NCBI GenBank assembly: GCA_015062385.1
Contig: SUUT01000002.1
Coordinates: forward strand, 465 to 64,464
Source of the DNA: Alphaproteobacteria bacterium
Lineage (GTDB): Bacteria; Pseudomonadota; Alphaproteobacteria; CAAHEQ01; UBA3637
Reading direction: 5' to 3'
Length of the DNA: 64,000 bases
Shown in pieces: positions 1 through 8,921 of this stretch (its first letter is position 1; the number at the start of each line of letters is the position of its first letter). A program made the position numbers and the translations under genes. Below the pieces are notes generated by a model, which saw only the letters and a program-made list of their open reading frames with translations, was not told the DNA's origin and made no database searches.

Positions 1-18
1 CATATTAAAAAATTTAAA

Positions 19-36
19 CCGCTGAAAAATCAGCGG
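19..36 (-). terminator. Intrinsic terminator downstream of lexA
   Basis: 7-bp stem ccgctga/tcagcgg with a 4-nt loop. On the minus strand a T-rich run (tttaaatttttt) follows it. Confidence 0.5.
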
Positions 37-105
37 TAGGATTGAATTTATATTAGTCGTGTTAATAATGTTGTTTTTTTGAATAAAATATTTTTTGATG
101 TCCGT

Positions 106-768
106 CTAATGATACTGACGCATTAATCCGACAAGTTGTCCTTGTATTTCAACTCTGTCTGCTTCAAAAAAACGGGTTTCATATTCTGAATTTTCAGGAA
201 TTAATGCAATTCGGTTTCCTTTAACCTGAATTCGTTTTAATGTCACTTCATAGCCGTCAACCAATGCTACGGCAATTGTTCCATTGGGGACTTGAACGGT
301 GCGTTTAATAATAACTGTATCTCCGTCCATAATGCCGACATCTTTCATAGAATCCCCCTCAACGGTTAAAGCATAATGTTCTCCGCTACCCATCATTTGA
401 GCCGGTACACAAACCGTATCCGGATTTCTCACTGCTTCAATTGGTGTTCCACAGGCAATTTTGCCGTATAATGGAATATCTAATGCGTTATCATTTGCAA
501 CATTTTTAAATATTTCAGTTGATTTTTTGGATTTTGAGGGTTTGAGATATTTTTCATTCGGCAATGTTAAAATTTCTAAAGCACGTGCTTTATTAGGTAA
601 TCGGCGGATAAATTTACGCTCTTCCAAGGCATTGATAAGCCGATGAATACCCGATTTTGAATGTAAGCCTAAATGTTCTTTCATTTCATCATATGATGGA
701 CAGATACCTTCTTTTAATAATGTTTCGTTAATAAATATTAACAGTTGATATTGTTTTTTTGTAAGCAT
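106..768 (-). CDS. lexA: LexA SOS repressor (S24 peptidase)
   Basis: N-terminal winged-helix region (SYDEMKEHLGLHSKSGIHRLINALEERKFI). C-terminal autopeptidase motifs are present: VEGDSMKD (Ser nucleophile) and VTLKRI (Lys). Confidence 0.9.
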   Translation of the reverse strand: MLTKKQYQLLIFINETLLKEGICPSYDEMKEHLGLHSKSGIHRLINALEERKFIRRLPNKARALEILTLPNEKYLKPSKSKKSTEIFKNVANDNALDIPLYGKIACGTPIEAVRNPDTVCVPAQMMGSGEHYALTVEGDSMKDVGIMDGDTVIIKRTVQVPNGTIAVALVDGYEVTLKRIQVKGNRIALIPENSEYETRFFEADRVEIQGQLVGLMRQYH

Positions 769-792
769 TGTTTCTCTCCTTATTTAATAAAA

Positions 793-807
793 ATTCTCCT
801 TTTGTTC
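793..807 (-). promoter_or_regulatory. Possible LexA operator (near match to the alphaproteobacterial GAAC-N7-GAAC box)
   Basis: The minus strand reads GAACaaaaggaGAAT between a TTGACA -35 (plus 834-839) and the lexA start, overlapping the RBS. It has one mismatch to the direct-repeat consensus. Confidence 0.3.
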
Positions 808-1054
808 TGTTTTTAACACGGAAAAACTTGATTGTCAATGCTTTTTTTATTTAAACAGATTATTTCTTATTCATTTGAATTTCCTTTTGTTTTTTGGTGG
901 TTTGGAAAAGATATGTGTTGTTTTCTCTTTTAGATTTTTTTTATTTGTTTTCTGTGTATTAATTTTTGTTAGCGATATAATTGCTGATATTCTATCTTGT
1001 TTTTAGAATAAATTTCTTAAATTATCCATTTGTCAACTGTTCGTATATGGTCAC

Positions 1055-1476
1055 ATTGAACCAACGGTTCTCGTCAAGGCTAACGCCTTTAATTTACAAA
1101 AAAACCTCCCCAAAAGGAGGCTTTTTGTGAATGGCTGGGATATCAGGATTGCTCGGACAAAAATGTCCTCGTCTTCGGAATATCTTCCTCAGACCGTCCT
1201 ACGGACGTCTACTCGCACAGGCTCGTGACCGACCAACGGTTCTCGTCAAGGCTAACGCCTTCAATTCACAAAAAAACTTCCCCAAAAGGAGGCTTTTTGT
1301 GAATGGCTGGGATACCAGGATTGCTCGGACAAAAATGTCCTCGTCTTCGGAATATCTTCCTCAGACCGTCCTACGGACGTCCACTCGCACAGGCTCGTGA
1401 CCGAACCAACGGTTCTCGTCAAGGCTAACGCCTTCAATTCACAAAAAAACCTCCCCAAAAGGAGGCTTTTTGTGAA
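1055..1476. repeat. Tandem array of ~172-173 bp units (one truncated plus two full) 3' of tRNA-Gln; each full unit carries a copy of the tRNA 3' end and a terminator hairpin
   Basis: Full units are 1132-1303 and 1304-1476, with a truncated unit at ~1055-1131. Each full unit starts with tggctgggata(t/c)cagga, the complement of the last 17-18 nt of the tRNA. Each ends with the A-run/cctcc-ggagg hairpin/T-run. Confidence 0.9.
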
Positions 1477-1550
1477 TGGCTGGGATACCAGGACTCGAAC
1501 CTAGACTGACGGAATCAGAATCCGCTGTCCTACCATTAGACGATATCCCA
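1477..1550 (-). tRNA. tRNA-Gln (anticodon CUG), CCA encoded
   Basis: The reverse complement folds as a cloverleaf: acceptor TGGGATA/TATCCCA, anticodon arm GCGGA-TTCTGAT-TCCGT, T arm CTAGG-TTCGAGT-CCTGG, 3' GCCA. Length is 74 nt. Confidence 0.9.
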
Positions 1551-1568
1551 TTTAATTCTGATTTGTTT

Positions 1569-1597
1569 AATATATCCTTCTTTTCTTTAAATTGCAA
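1569..1597 (-). promoter_or_regulatory. Sigma70-type promoter of tRNA-Gln
   Basis: The minus strand reads TTGCAA-17 nt-TATATT, ending ~18 nt upstream of the tRNA 5' end. Confidence 0.55.
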
Positions 1598-1695
1598 GCC
1601 TTTTTTTTAAGTTGATTGTTTTTTCTAAAATATTTGTTTGAATGAATGATTTTTATTCAGATAAAGTCTTTTCCATTGATATGTATTTTTATCTT

Positions 1696-2769
1696 TTATT
1701 TAATGTATCGTCGCTCATAACGGGAAGCATGTCCTAAATTGTTTAATACTTCATACCCGATTGTTTTGCAATCGGCCCCAAAAGCATCTAAATCGTAAAA
1801 ATCATCAATTAACGTCATATATTGCGTATTGTTTAAGATGTTTTCCGGTATGTTGCTGACGTCACACATAATGTTATCCATAGAAACACGTCCGATAACG
1901 GGGGCTTTGAATATCGTATGTTCTGCCTGAATGCGTAATGCTCCGTTTTCTTGAAAATTTCTGAAAATGCCGTCAGCATAACCGATTGAAACTGTCGCAA
2001 TTTTTGTGGGGCGTTTAACCGTATAAGTTGCACTATACCCGACTGTTTCACCGGCTTGAACCGTTTTTATCTGCAAAATCGGAGCCGTTATTTTTACACA
2101 GTTCTTGACCTTTTTTTCTTCGTAAGGGGTTGTGTTAATGCCGTATAAAGCAGCACCAAGCCGCACCATATCAAAATGAAAATCTCGGCCTAAAAAAACA
2201 CCGTCCGAAGCACTTAATGAAAAGGGTGTATTCGGAAACACTGATTTAAATTGAAGGAGGGTGTTTTTTTGCTTTTCATTTAAATAGTGTTGGCATTCAT
2301 CAGCACAAGCCAGATGTGACAAAATCAAAGAAACAGGTAAATGAGCAATCTGTTTCGCCTCGTTTAAATCCAATCCCAAACGGTGTAAACCCGTTTCAAC
2401 CTGAATAGCCGGATGTTGCATATTTGCTGGATTTTTAAACCAATTATCAATAGCAAGTTGTGTTGGTAAAACCGGAATTAAATCAGCTTGCTGAAAAAAT
2501 GAACGTTCTTCTTCTCCAAATCCTTGTAAAACATAGATGCAACTGTTAGGAGCGACCTGTTTTAATTGTTGTCCTTCGCATCCGTAAGCAACAAAAAATG
2601 TATGACATCCATGGTCGTATAAAGCCCGACCGATTTGTTCAATTCCCAATCCGTAAGCATTGTTTTTTAACACACAAGTAGCGGTTATCGGATGAATATG
2701 ATTTTTGATAAACGTATAATTTTCACAAATAGTGGTTAAATTGATTTCCATTATCGGGCGTGTGTACAT
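1696..2769 (-). CDS. alr: Alanine racemase
   Basis: PLP-lysine motif region VLKNNAYGLG, and family-typical length and C-terminal motifs (VSMDNIMCDV, GYEVLNNLG). Confidence 0.85.
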   Translation of the reverse strand: MYTRPIMEINLTTICENYTFIKNHIHPITATCVLKNNAYGLGIEQIGRALYDHGCHTFFVAYGCEGQQLKQVAPNSCIYVLQGFGEEERSFFQQADLIPVLPTQLAIDNWFKNPANMQHPAIQVETGLHRLGLDLNEAKQIAHLPVSLILSHLACADECQHYLNEKQKNTLLQFKSVFPNTPFSLSASDGVFLGRDFHFDMVRLGAALYGINTTPYEEKKVKNCVKITAPILQIKTVQAGETVGYSATYTVKRPTKIATVSIGYADGIFRNFQENGALRIQAEHTIFKAPVIGRVSMDNIMCDVSNIPENILNNTQYMTLIDDFYDLDAFGADCKTIGYEVLNNLGHASRYERRYIK

Positions 2770-2811
2770 GATTTTGTTTCCTGTTATTTTGTTTGCATGA
2801 ATGGGGTTTTG

Positions 2812-4074
2812 CTAAATAAGTGTTCCAGTTTCTGTATGTAAGATGTTGTCACTGTATGTGTCAACTAGCTGTTGTGGAATTTGTTGTATTTCTGGACTTA
2901 CATTATCTGTAATTAAATTATTTTCTACCGATTTTAATTTGCGATTAACTGCTCTTGTCCGTCGTTCTGCTTCATCCAGTGTTTTGTGAGCTAGTTCAAT
3001 GTTTTTCTTTACCTTTTCTACCCAACCGGCATATTTTTCAAATTCAACTTTTACCTCGTTTAAAATTTGCCAGACTTCACCGGAACGTTTTTGAATAGCA
3101 AGTGTTCTGAATCCCATTTGTAAAGAATTTAAAAACGCCCCCAGTGTGCTGGGACCAGCAATGGATACCCGATATTTGTTTTGAATATCGGCAGCAATTC
3201 CCGGACGACGCATAATTTCGGCATATAAGCCTTCCGTCGGTAAAAACATAATGGCAAAATCGGTTGTTTTAGGGGGATAAATATATTTATCTGCAATCCG
3301 TTTTGCTTCCAATTTAATGCGTTTTTCTAATTCGTTTCCTGCTGTTTCAATGGCATTAATGTTTCCGTTATCTGTGGCCGTAATTAAGCGTTCATAATCT
3401 TCAATCGGAAATTTTGAATCAATCGGAATCAAAACGTCGCCATCCGGTAATTTTACGGCATATTCTACCACTTCTTGCACATTTTCTTTAATATGAGCAT
3501 TTTTAATAAATTGTTCGGCAGAAAGCATTTGTTCCAATAGTGCTCCCAGTTGAACTTCTCCCCAAGTACCACGGGCTTTTACGTTGGTTAAAACACGTTT
3601 TAATCCACCGACATCCGATGCCAGTGATTGCATTTCGCCTAATCCCTGATGAACTTTTTCCAGTCGTTCCGAAACCAAAGAAAATGATTCGCTAATTCGT
3701 TTTTCCAACGTATCATGTAGTTTTTCATCAACGGTTGAACGCATTTGCTCTAATTTCGTGGTGTTTTCCGTTCGCATTTGATCCATTTTGTTTTCAACGG
3801 TTTGTCGCATTTGATTTAAATTTAACGTGTTTTCGTTTCGCATCATATCAATGCGGTCAGATACACTTTTGCGAACGGAATCGTTAAATTGCAAAAGAGA
3901 TTGTCCCAATTCCTGGCGTAAACGCATGGATTCTTCCCGATTAAGGGCTTCTAAACGGGCTAAATCAGACGACATGTTGTTTTTTGATAAGTTCAGTTGC
4001 ATTAACTTGACGGTTAATAAAATAATAAACAGTGTCATAATGCCTAAAAAACCGAGAATAAAATAAAGTTCCAT
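2812..4074 (-). CDS. rmuC: DNA recombination protein RmuC
   Basis: N-terminal TM helix, a long coiled-coil, and a conserved RmuC C-terminal region (GTWGEVQLGALLE, FAIMFLPTEGLYAE). Confidence 0.85.
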   Translation of the reverse strand: MELYFILGFLGIMTLFIILLTVKLMQLNLSKNNMSSDLARLEALNREESMRLRQELGQSLLQFNDSVRKSVSDRIDMMRNENTLNLNQMRQTVENKMDQMRTENTTKLEQMRSTVDEKLHDTLEKRISESFSLVSERLEKVHQGLGEMQSLASDVGGLKRVLTNVKARGTWGEVQLGALLEQMLSAEQFIKNAHIKENVQEVVEYAVKLPDGDVLIPIDSKFPIEDYERLITATDNGNINAIETAGNELEKRIKLEAKRIADKYIYPPKTTDFAIMFLPTEGLYAEIMRRPGIAADIQNKYRVSIAGPSTLGAFLNSLQMGFRTLAIQKRSGEVWQILNEVKVEFEKYAGWVEKVKKNIELAHKTLDEAERRTRAVNRKLKSVENNLITDNVSPEIQQIPQQLVDTYSDNILHTETGTLI

Positions 4075-4133
4075 AAAAATATCCTTTGCAATTTACATCC
4101 AATTTTCGTATAGTGTAGCAAAAGGATTTTAAA

Positions 4134-4838
4134 ATGAAAGTTTTTTTTGCACTTTTTATGATTTTTTTTACAATTCCTGTTTTGGCGACCCAATATCAGG
4201 TAAAATATGTTGCAACCGGTTTAGGAATGGATTTGTTAACGGCCGATATGGTAATTGATATGACAAATACCGATTATACTATTCAAACAAATTCGGTTGC
4301 AAAAGGTATTTTATCGTTATTTATTCATAACAAAACCGCTTTTTATACAAAAGGAAAAATAGAAGGAAGTCGTCTGACGGTTTTAGAATCGTCTATGAAA
4401 AATACAGATGGTAAAAAAACGGATAAAACCATTTGGAATTTTGATGAAAAACAGGGATTTATAGATTATCAATCAGTTTTAATTCATTTAATGCGTTTAC
4501 AGAAAAATGGAACACAAGCCATTCGGGTAACAGATGGGAAACGGGATATGCTCATCACATTGACGGATGAGGGACAACGTAATTTAACGCAAATTCATCC
4601 GAATTTATCGGGAGAAGGGCAGGCTTATTCCGTTCGAATAAAAATTACAGGTGGCAAAAAAAGCGGATGGTTTTTTAAACGGATTCAAGAAGAAAAAATA
4701 TCACCGATGTGGTTATATATGCAAAAAGAAGAAAACGGACATTCTTTGGTGTTAAGTACTTTTGACACGGGTGTTATCGGACAATTATATATCATCCGAA
4801 AGGAATTTAAAAATGAAAAAAATCAGTCAAAAAATTAA
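4134..4838 (+). CDS. Secreted hypothetical protein (possibly DUF3108-like)
   Basis: N-terminal signal peptide (FFALFMIFFTIPVLA). No recognisable catalytic motif. The family assignment is only a resemblance. Confidence 0.35.
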   Translation: MKVFFALFMIFFTIPVLATQYQVKYVATGLGMDLLTADMVIDMTNTDYTIQTNSVAKGILSLFIHNKTAFYTKGKIEGSRLTVLESSMKNTDGKKTDKTIWNFDEKQGFIDYQSVLIHLMRLQKNGTQAIRVTDGKRDMLITLTDEGQRNLTQIHPNLSGEGQAYSVRIKITGGKKSGWFFKRIQEEKISPMWLYMQKEENGHSLVLSTFDTGVIGQLYIIRKEFKNEKNQSKN

Positions 4839-5487
4839 TTGGTTTTTAGGATTAATCAAATGGCCGATAGCTGTTTTAATGCTTGTGGCTTTGGTTCCTG
4901 CTTTTCAGGCAGATTTGTTCTTGCTTGAAAAATCAATGACTTCAAAAATGTTGTGGGAGTTTTGGTTGCCATTTGCCGTAACTGTACTGTTTTTTTTGAT
5001 TATGCCGGATTTAGGTGGTTCGTTTTTTACTATTGCCGAACATGAATTAACACATATGCTGTTTGCCGTTTTAACATTTCATAAACCAAAAGGATTAGAT
5101 ATTGAACAAGGAGTTGGGGGTTATTTTTCCTTTGAAGGGGAGGGTAATTGGTTGGTGGCATTAGCCCCATATTTTTTCCCGACATTTACGGTTGCATTGA
5201 TGCTGGGTTTTGGAATATATCAGCAGTTTGAACCGAAATTGCCTGATTTTTGGTTAATTTTATTCGGTGTTTTTATCGGTTATCATTTTATTGTGACATT
5301 GTTTGAAATTCATCCGAAGCAAACAGATTTTATTGTTGCCGGTCCGATTTTTACAATTTGTTTTATCCCAACGGCCAACTTGTTAATGTATGGGATGTTA
5401 TTGGCTTATATATTAAAGGGATGGGTTGGGATTCCGGCTTACTTTTTGTTGATTTTACAACAAGGGCAGAGATTGTTAGGATTGTAA
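4813..5487 (+). CDS. Polytopic membrane protein with an HExxH motif (putative M50-like membrane metalloprotease)
   Basis: Several predicted TM helices and an AEHELTHMLFA motif. The start is moved to MKKISQK (4813), which overlaps the upstream gene end, rather than the track start of 4762. Confidence 0.45.
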   Translation: MKKISQKINWFLGLIKWPIAVLMLVALVPAFQADLFLLEKSMTSKMLWEFWLPFAVTVLFFLIMPDLGGSFFTIAEHELTHMLFAVLTFHKPKGLDIEQGVGGYFSFEGEGNWLVALAPYFFPTFTVALMLGFGIYQQFEPKLPDFWLILFGVFIGYHFIVTLFEIHPKQTDFIVAGPIFTICFIPTANLLMYGMLLAYILKGWVGIPAYFLLILQQGQRLLGL

Positions 5488-5582
5488 ACAGAAAAAAACA
5501 GCAAAAAAGTGATATTGTTCTTGATTTTTAAAATGAAATAGAGTACTTTATTTCCCGTTGATTATTAGTAAAGGAGTTTTTT

Positions 5583-7349
5583 ATGCATCAATATCGTACA
5601 CATACTTGTGGAGCCTTGCGTTCAGTAGACGAAGGGCAGATTGTTCGTTTATCAGGATGGGTTCATCGCAAACGGGATCATGGAAATTTATTATTTGTTG
5701 ATTTGCGGGATAATTACGGCATTACACAGTGTGTGTTAGATACATCAGCTACTTCATTTGAATTGTTGGAAAAGGTACATCCGGAATCTGTTATTCGTAT
5801 TGATGGAAAGGTCATTTTAAGAACAAAAGAAACGGTTAATCCCAAAATGCCGACCGGCGAAATTGAAGTGTTGGTTGAAAACGCCGAAGTGCTTTCAGAA
5901 GCGGATGTTTTACCGATGCAGGTTGTTGCCAATACGGAAGATTTGTCCGAAGAACACCGTTTAACTTATCGCTTTTTGGATTTACGTCGTGAAAAACCAC
6001 ATGCGAATATTTTATTACGGAACAACTTTATTCGGGCTTGTCGTGAAAAAATGTGGGCTGCCGGATTTAATGAATTTCAAACACCGATTTTAACATCATC
6101 ATCTCCGGAAGGGGCTCGTGACTTTTTGGTTCCGTCTCGATTACATGCCGGTAAATTTTATGCTTTACCGCAAGCACCACAACAATTTAAACAATTATTG
6201 ATGGTTTCCGGTTTTGACAGATATTTTCAAATTGCCCCGTGTTTCCGTGATGAAGATGCTCGTGCAGATCGTTCTCCGGGGGAATTTTATCAATTAGATA
6301 TAGAAATGTCTTTTGTTACACAAGCTGAAATTTTTGCAACGGTTGAGCCGATTATCCACGATTTATTTGTTGAATTTGCACCGAATGCTGATGTTTCAGG
6401 TATGCCGTTTATTCAAATTCCGTATAAAACATCTATGATAAAATACGGAACGGACAAACCGGATTTAAGAAATCCGTTGATTATTGAAGATGTATCGGAA
6501 ATTTTTGCCGGATCATCTTTCGGCTTGTTTGCAAAACAAGTTGAAACAGGTGGATTTGTGCGAGCAATCAAAACAACAGGAACGGCATCACGTCCACGCA
6601 GTTGGTTTGATAAAATGAACGGGTTTGCCGTTGAAGCCGGTATGGGCGGATTAGGGTATATTTCTATTGCCGAAGAAGGAAATAAAGGTCCGATTGCCAA
6701 AAATTTAGATGCTGATCGTATTCAAGCCTTGTTTGAAAAAGTCGGAGCCAAAACAGGTGACAGTATTTTCTTTGTTTGTGGTAAAGGTGAAAAAACAGCT
6801 AAATTTACGGGACAGGTTCGTACGTTGTTAGGCGAAGAATTGCAATTGATTGATAAAAATCAATTTAAATTCTGTTGGATTACGGATTTCCCGTTCTATG
6901 AGCAAAATGAAGAGACGGGAGCGATTGAATTTTCACACAATCCGTTCTCAATGCCACAGGGCGAAATGGAAGCGTTAACAACCAAAAATCCGTTAGATAT
7001 TTATGCTTATCAATTTGATATGGTTTGTAACGGATATGAAATTTTATCAGGTGCTATTCGAAATCACCGTCCGGATATTATGTACAAGGCATTTGAAATT
7101 GCCGGTTATGGTCCGGAAGTCGTGGAACAAAAATTTGCCGGTATGTTAAATGCCTTTAAATACGGTGCTCCTCCTCACGGTGGTTGTGCTTTTGGTATTG
7201 ACAGGTTGGTTATGTTATTAACGGATGAATATTATATTCGTGAAGTAATTGCTTTCCCATTGACACAGCAAGGTGTTGATTTAATGATGAAAGCTCCGTC
7301 AAATGTGACAGAAAAACAATTACGGGAATTGCATATTAAGTTACGTTAA
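5583..7349 (+). CDS. aspS: Aspartate--tRNA ligase
   Basis: Class IIb aaRS: OB-fold N-terminus ([22 protein letters not shown]), motif 2 [19 protein letters not shown], motif 3 [12 protein letters not shown], and a bacterial insertion domain. Confidence 0.95.
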   Translation: MHQYRTHTCGALRSVDEGQIVRLSGWVHRKRDHGNLLFVDLRDNYGITQCVLDTSATSFELLEKVHPESVIRIDGKVILRTKETVNPKMPTGEIEVLVENAEVLSEADVLPMQVVANTEDLSEEHRLTYRFLDLRREKPHANILLRNNFIRACREKMWAAGFNEFQTPILTSSSPEGARDFLVPSRLHAGKFYALPQAPQQFKQLLMVSGFDRYFQIAPCFRDEDARADRSPGEFYQLDIEMSFVTQAEIFATVEPIIHDLFVEFAPNADVSGMPFIQIPYKTSMIKYGTDKPDLRNPLIIEDVSEIFAGSSFGLFAKQVETGGFVRAIKTTGTASRPRSWFDKMNGFAVEAGMGGLGYISIAEEGNKGPIAKNLDADRIQALFEKVGAKTGDSIFFVCGKGEKTAKFTGQVRTLLGEELQLIDKNQFKFCWITDFPFYEQNEETGAIEFSHNPFSMPQGEMEALTTKNPLDIYAYQFDMVCNGYEILSGAIRNHRPDIMYKAFEIAGYGPEVVEQKFAGMLNAFKYGAPPHGGCAFGIDRLVMLLTDEYYIREVIAFPLTQQGVDLMMKAPSNVTEKQLRELHIKLR

Positions 7350-7373
7350 TAATGCTTTAATGTTTTAGAAAAA

Positions 7374-7409
7374 ACGGCAGTTGAAAAAATTCAGTTGCCG
7401 TTTTTTTTG
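7374..7409 (+). terminator. Intrinsic terminator after aspS
   Basis: Hairpin acggca...tgccgt followed by T8, with an A-run upstream, so it is probably bidirectional. Confidence 0.6.
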
Positions 7410-7429
7410 TTTTTTATATTTTGTTAATT

Positions 7430-7942
7430 TTAATTGTGTTTGTTTTCTAATACAGGGATAAAAAGTTTTACTCTTCCCGTAAAACAATTACAATTTGTAT
7501 CGTTTCCAAAACCAAAATGGCAATCTACATATATTTTATCACCGATTTTATGTAAAGGTTTTAATTCTAAGATGCCATAAAATAAATTGTTATCGATCTG
7601 TTTTTTAAATTTTACTTTTTCAAAATCTAAAATGTAAACCTTTCGTCTATTTTGATTAAAATAATCAGGTGTAATATTTTGATAAAAATCGAACATTTTT
7701 TCATTTATTCCACCAAGTAATTGCACATAAACCATTTGATTAAAACACATTAACGCTTCAATTGCATTAAAATGCCCAGAAGCAGGAGATAGATAGCAAG
7801 ATTCTTTAATTGAAAATGTTGCATTTAATTTGATAATATTATCTGATTGACTGATAGATGCAGTTGTTAAATATCGGGTGTTTTTTGCGGAATAAGTTAT
7901 TAAGGCTTTTTTTATAATTTCTTCTGATATAATTGTTTCCAT
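7430..7942 (-). CDS. Hypothetical protein, possible hotdog-fold (FcoT/AfsA-like) domain
   Basis: The SGHFNAIEALMCFNQMVY stretch resembles hotdog-fold thioesterase/dehydratase cores. The assignment is weak. Confidence 0.3.
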   Translation of the reverse strand: METIISEEIIKKALITYSAKNTRYLTTASISQSDNIIKLNATFSIKESCYLSPASGHFNAIEALMCFNQMVYVQLLGGINEKMFDFYQNITPDYFNQNRRKVYILDFEKVKFKKQIDNNLFYGILELKPLHKIGDKIYVDCHFGFGNDTNCNCFTGRVKLFIPVLENKHN

Positions 7943-7964
7943 AATTCAAAACTCCTTTTTTTTA

Positions 7965-8771
7965 CTATTCATGTGTTCGAGTATGGCTAATATTTTCCGT
8001 TGCTTGAACAGTCATTTGTCCTTTTTGAACCGTTGTGGGGTGGGATATTGTTTCCTGTTTTTTATCTGATTTATCTGAACAGGTATAAAGCAATGCAAAA
8101 GTTGCTAAACCGATTCCAATACGGAATAACCAAAATTTTGCTTTTTCTTTTTTACCTTCCGGTGTTAAGAATCTTTCTGTTACACCGCCTTCAAAATGTT
8201 TCATTTCATAAGTGTATTTATCTACTAATTGTATCATTCTGGCATTCATAAGTGGAGAAATTTGTTGACCTTTTTTATCAAAAAGCGTTGAGCCTAATTG
8301 ATTTTTAAGAATGATACAATCAGGTACATCCGGATGAATTTCAAAATTTTCTGTTAAAGCAAATAATTCTCCATTTCGTGTGCTGACCGCCAAAGCTGAT
8401 TGTGGAGAAAATTTTTCAATAACAAAATGTTTGGTTTGAATGGTTGAATTTTTACCGACAGAAGTGTACATTTGAGCATAAAGAGCATCTTCTGTATTTA
8501 ATGAAATATACAATTGATACGTTCCGTCCGGTTCTTGGTTAATTTTATAATCGGTTGCGTAGTGACTTTGAATTGAGCATCCGTTTACATCATAAAATTG
8601 TGTAAAAGAATTGGGCTTTAAATTATTTTTTACCTGAAAGAAGGGGGCATTATTATCTAATACTTCACATGTTAAATCTTCATTTGAATGAGCAGAAAAA
8701 ATAAGATTTCCTTTTTTATCACGAATAGTTTTGCCATTATCGGCAACATCAAAAAATTTATATGATTTCAT
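7965..8771 (-). CDS. Hypothetical protein with a C-terminal TM helix
   Basis: Long ORF with a hydrophobic segment FWLFRIGIGLATFALLY near the C-terminus. A predicted TTGACA-17-TATTAT promoter lies at plus 8801-8829. It is 22 nt upstream of the 7430..7942 gene, so the two are probably an operon. Confidence 0.5.
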   Translation of the reverse strand: MKSYKFFDVADNGKTIRDKKGNLIFSAHSNEDLTCEVLDNNAPFFQVKNNLKPNSFTQFYDVNGCSIQSHYATDYKINQEPDGTYQLYISLNTEDALYAQMYTSVGKNSTIQTKHFVIEKFSPQSALAVSTRNGELFALTENFEIHPDVPDCIILKNQLGSTLFDKKGQQISPLMNARMIQLVDKYTYEMKHFEGGVTERFLTPEGKKEKAKFWLFRIGIGLATFALLYTCSDKSDKKQETISHPTTVQKGQMTVQATENISHTRTHE

Positions 8772-8921
8772 ATTCCCATCCTTTCAGTTAATTTTTTTGT
8801 ATAATACCCATTTTTTAAGATTTTGTCAAATATTTTTTAATAAAAATGTAGGTCTTTATAAGATTGATAAAGAATGATTTTTATTAATTGTTTTAAGTGG
8901 AATTCAGGATGTTTGTGCAGT

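Noticed and set aside
1131-1458. ORFs 1131..1400 (+) and 1261..1458 (-) spanning the Gln-linked repeats.
   Set aside because: The reasoning is the same: they are read-through of a tandem non-coding repeat, with no RBS and with terminator hairpins inside the ORF.
4762-4812. Track start codons further upstream than the ones I annotate (4762 for the HExxH membrane protein, 48689 for dksA, 48205 for maf, 44529 for atpC, 32033 for the OmpA-like gene, 48658 for the Sel1-like gene).
   Set aside because: In each case the downstream ATG has a better RBS and/or yields the conserved N-terminus (signal peptide, lipobox or family-typical start), and it removes long overlaps with the neighbouring gene.
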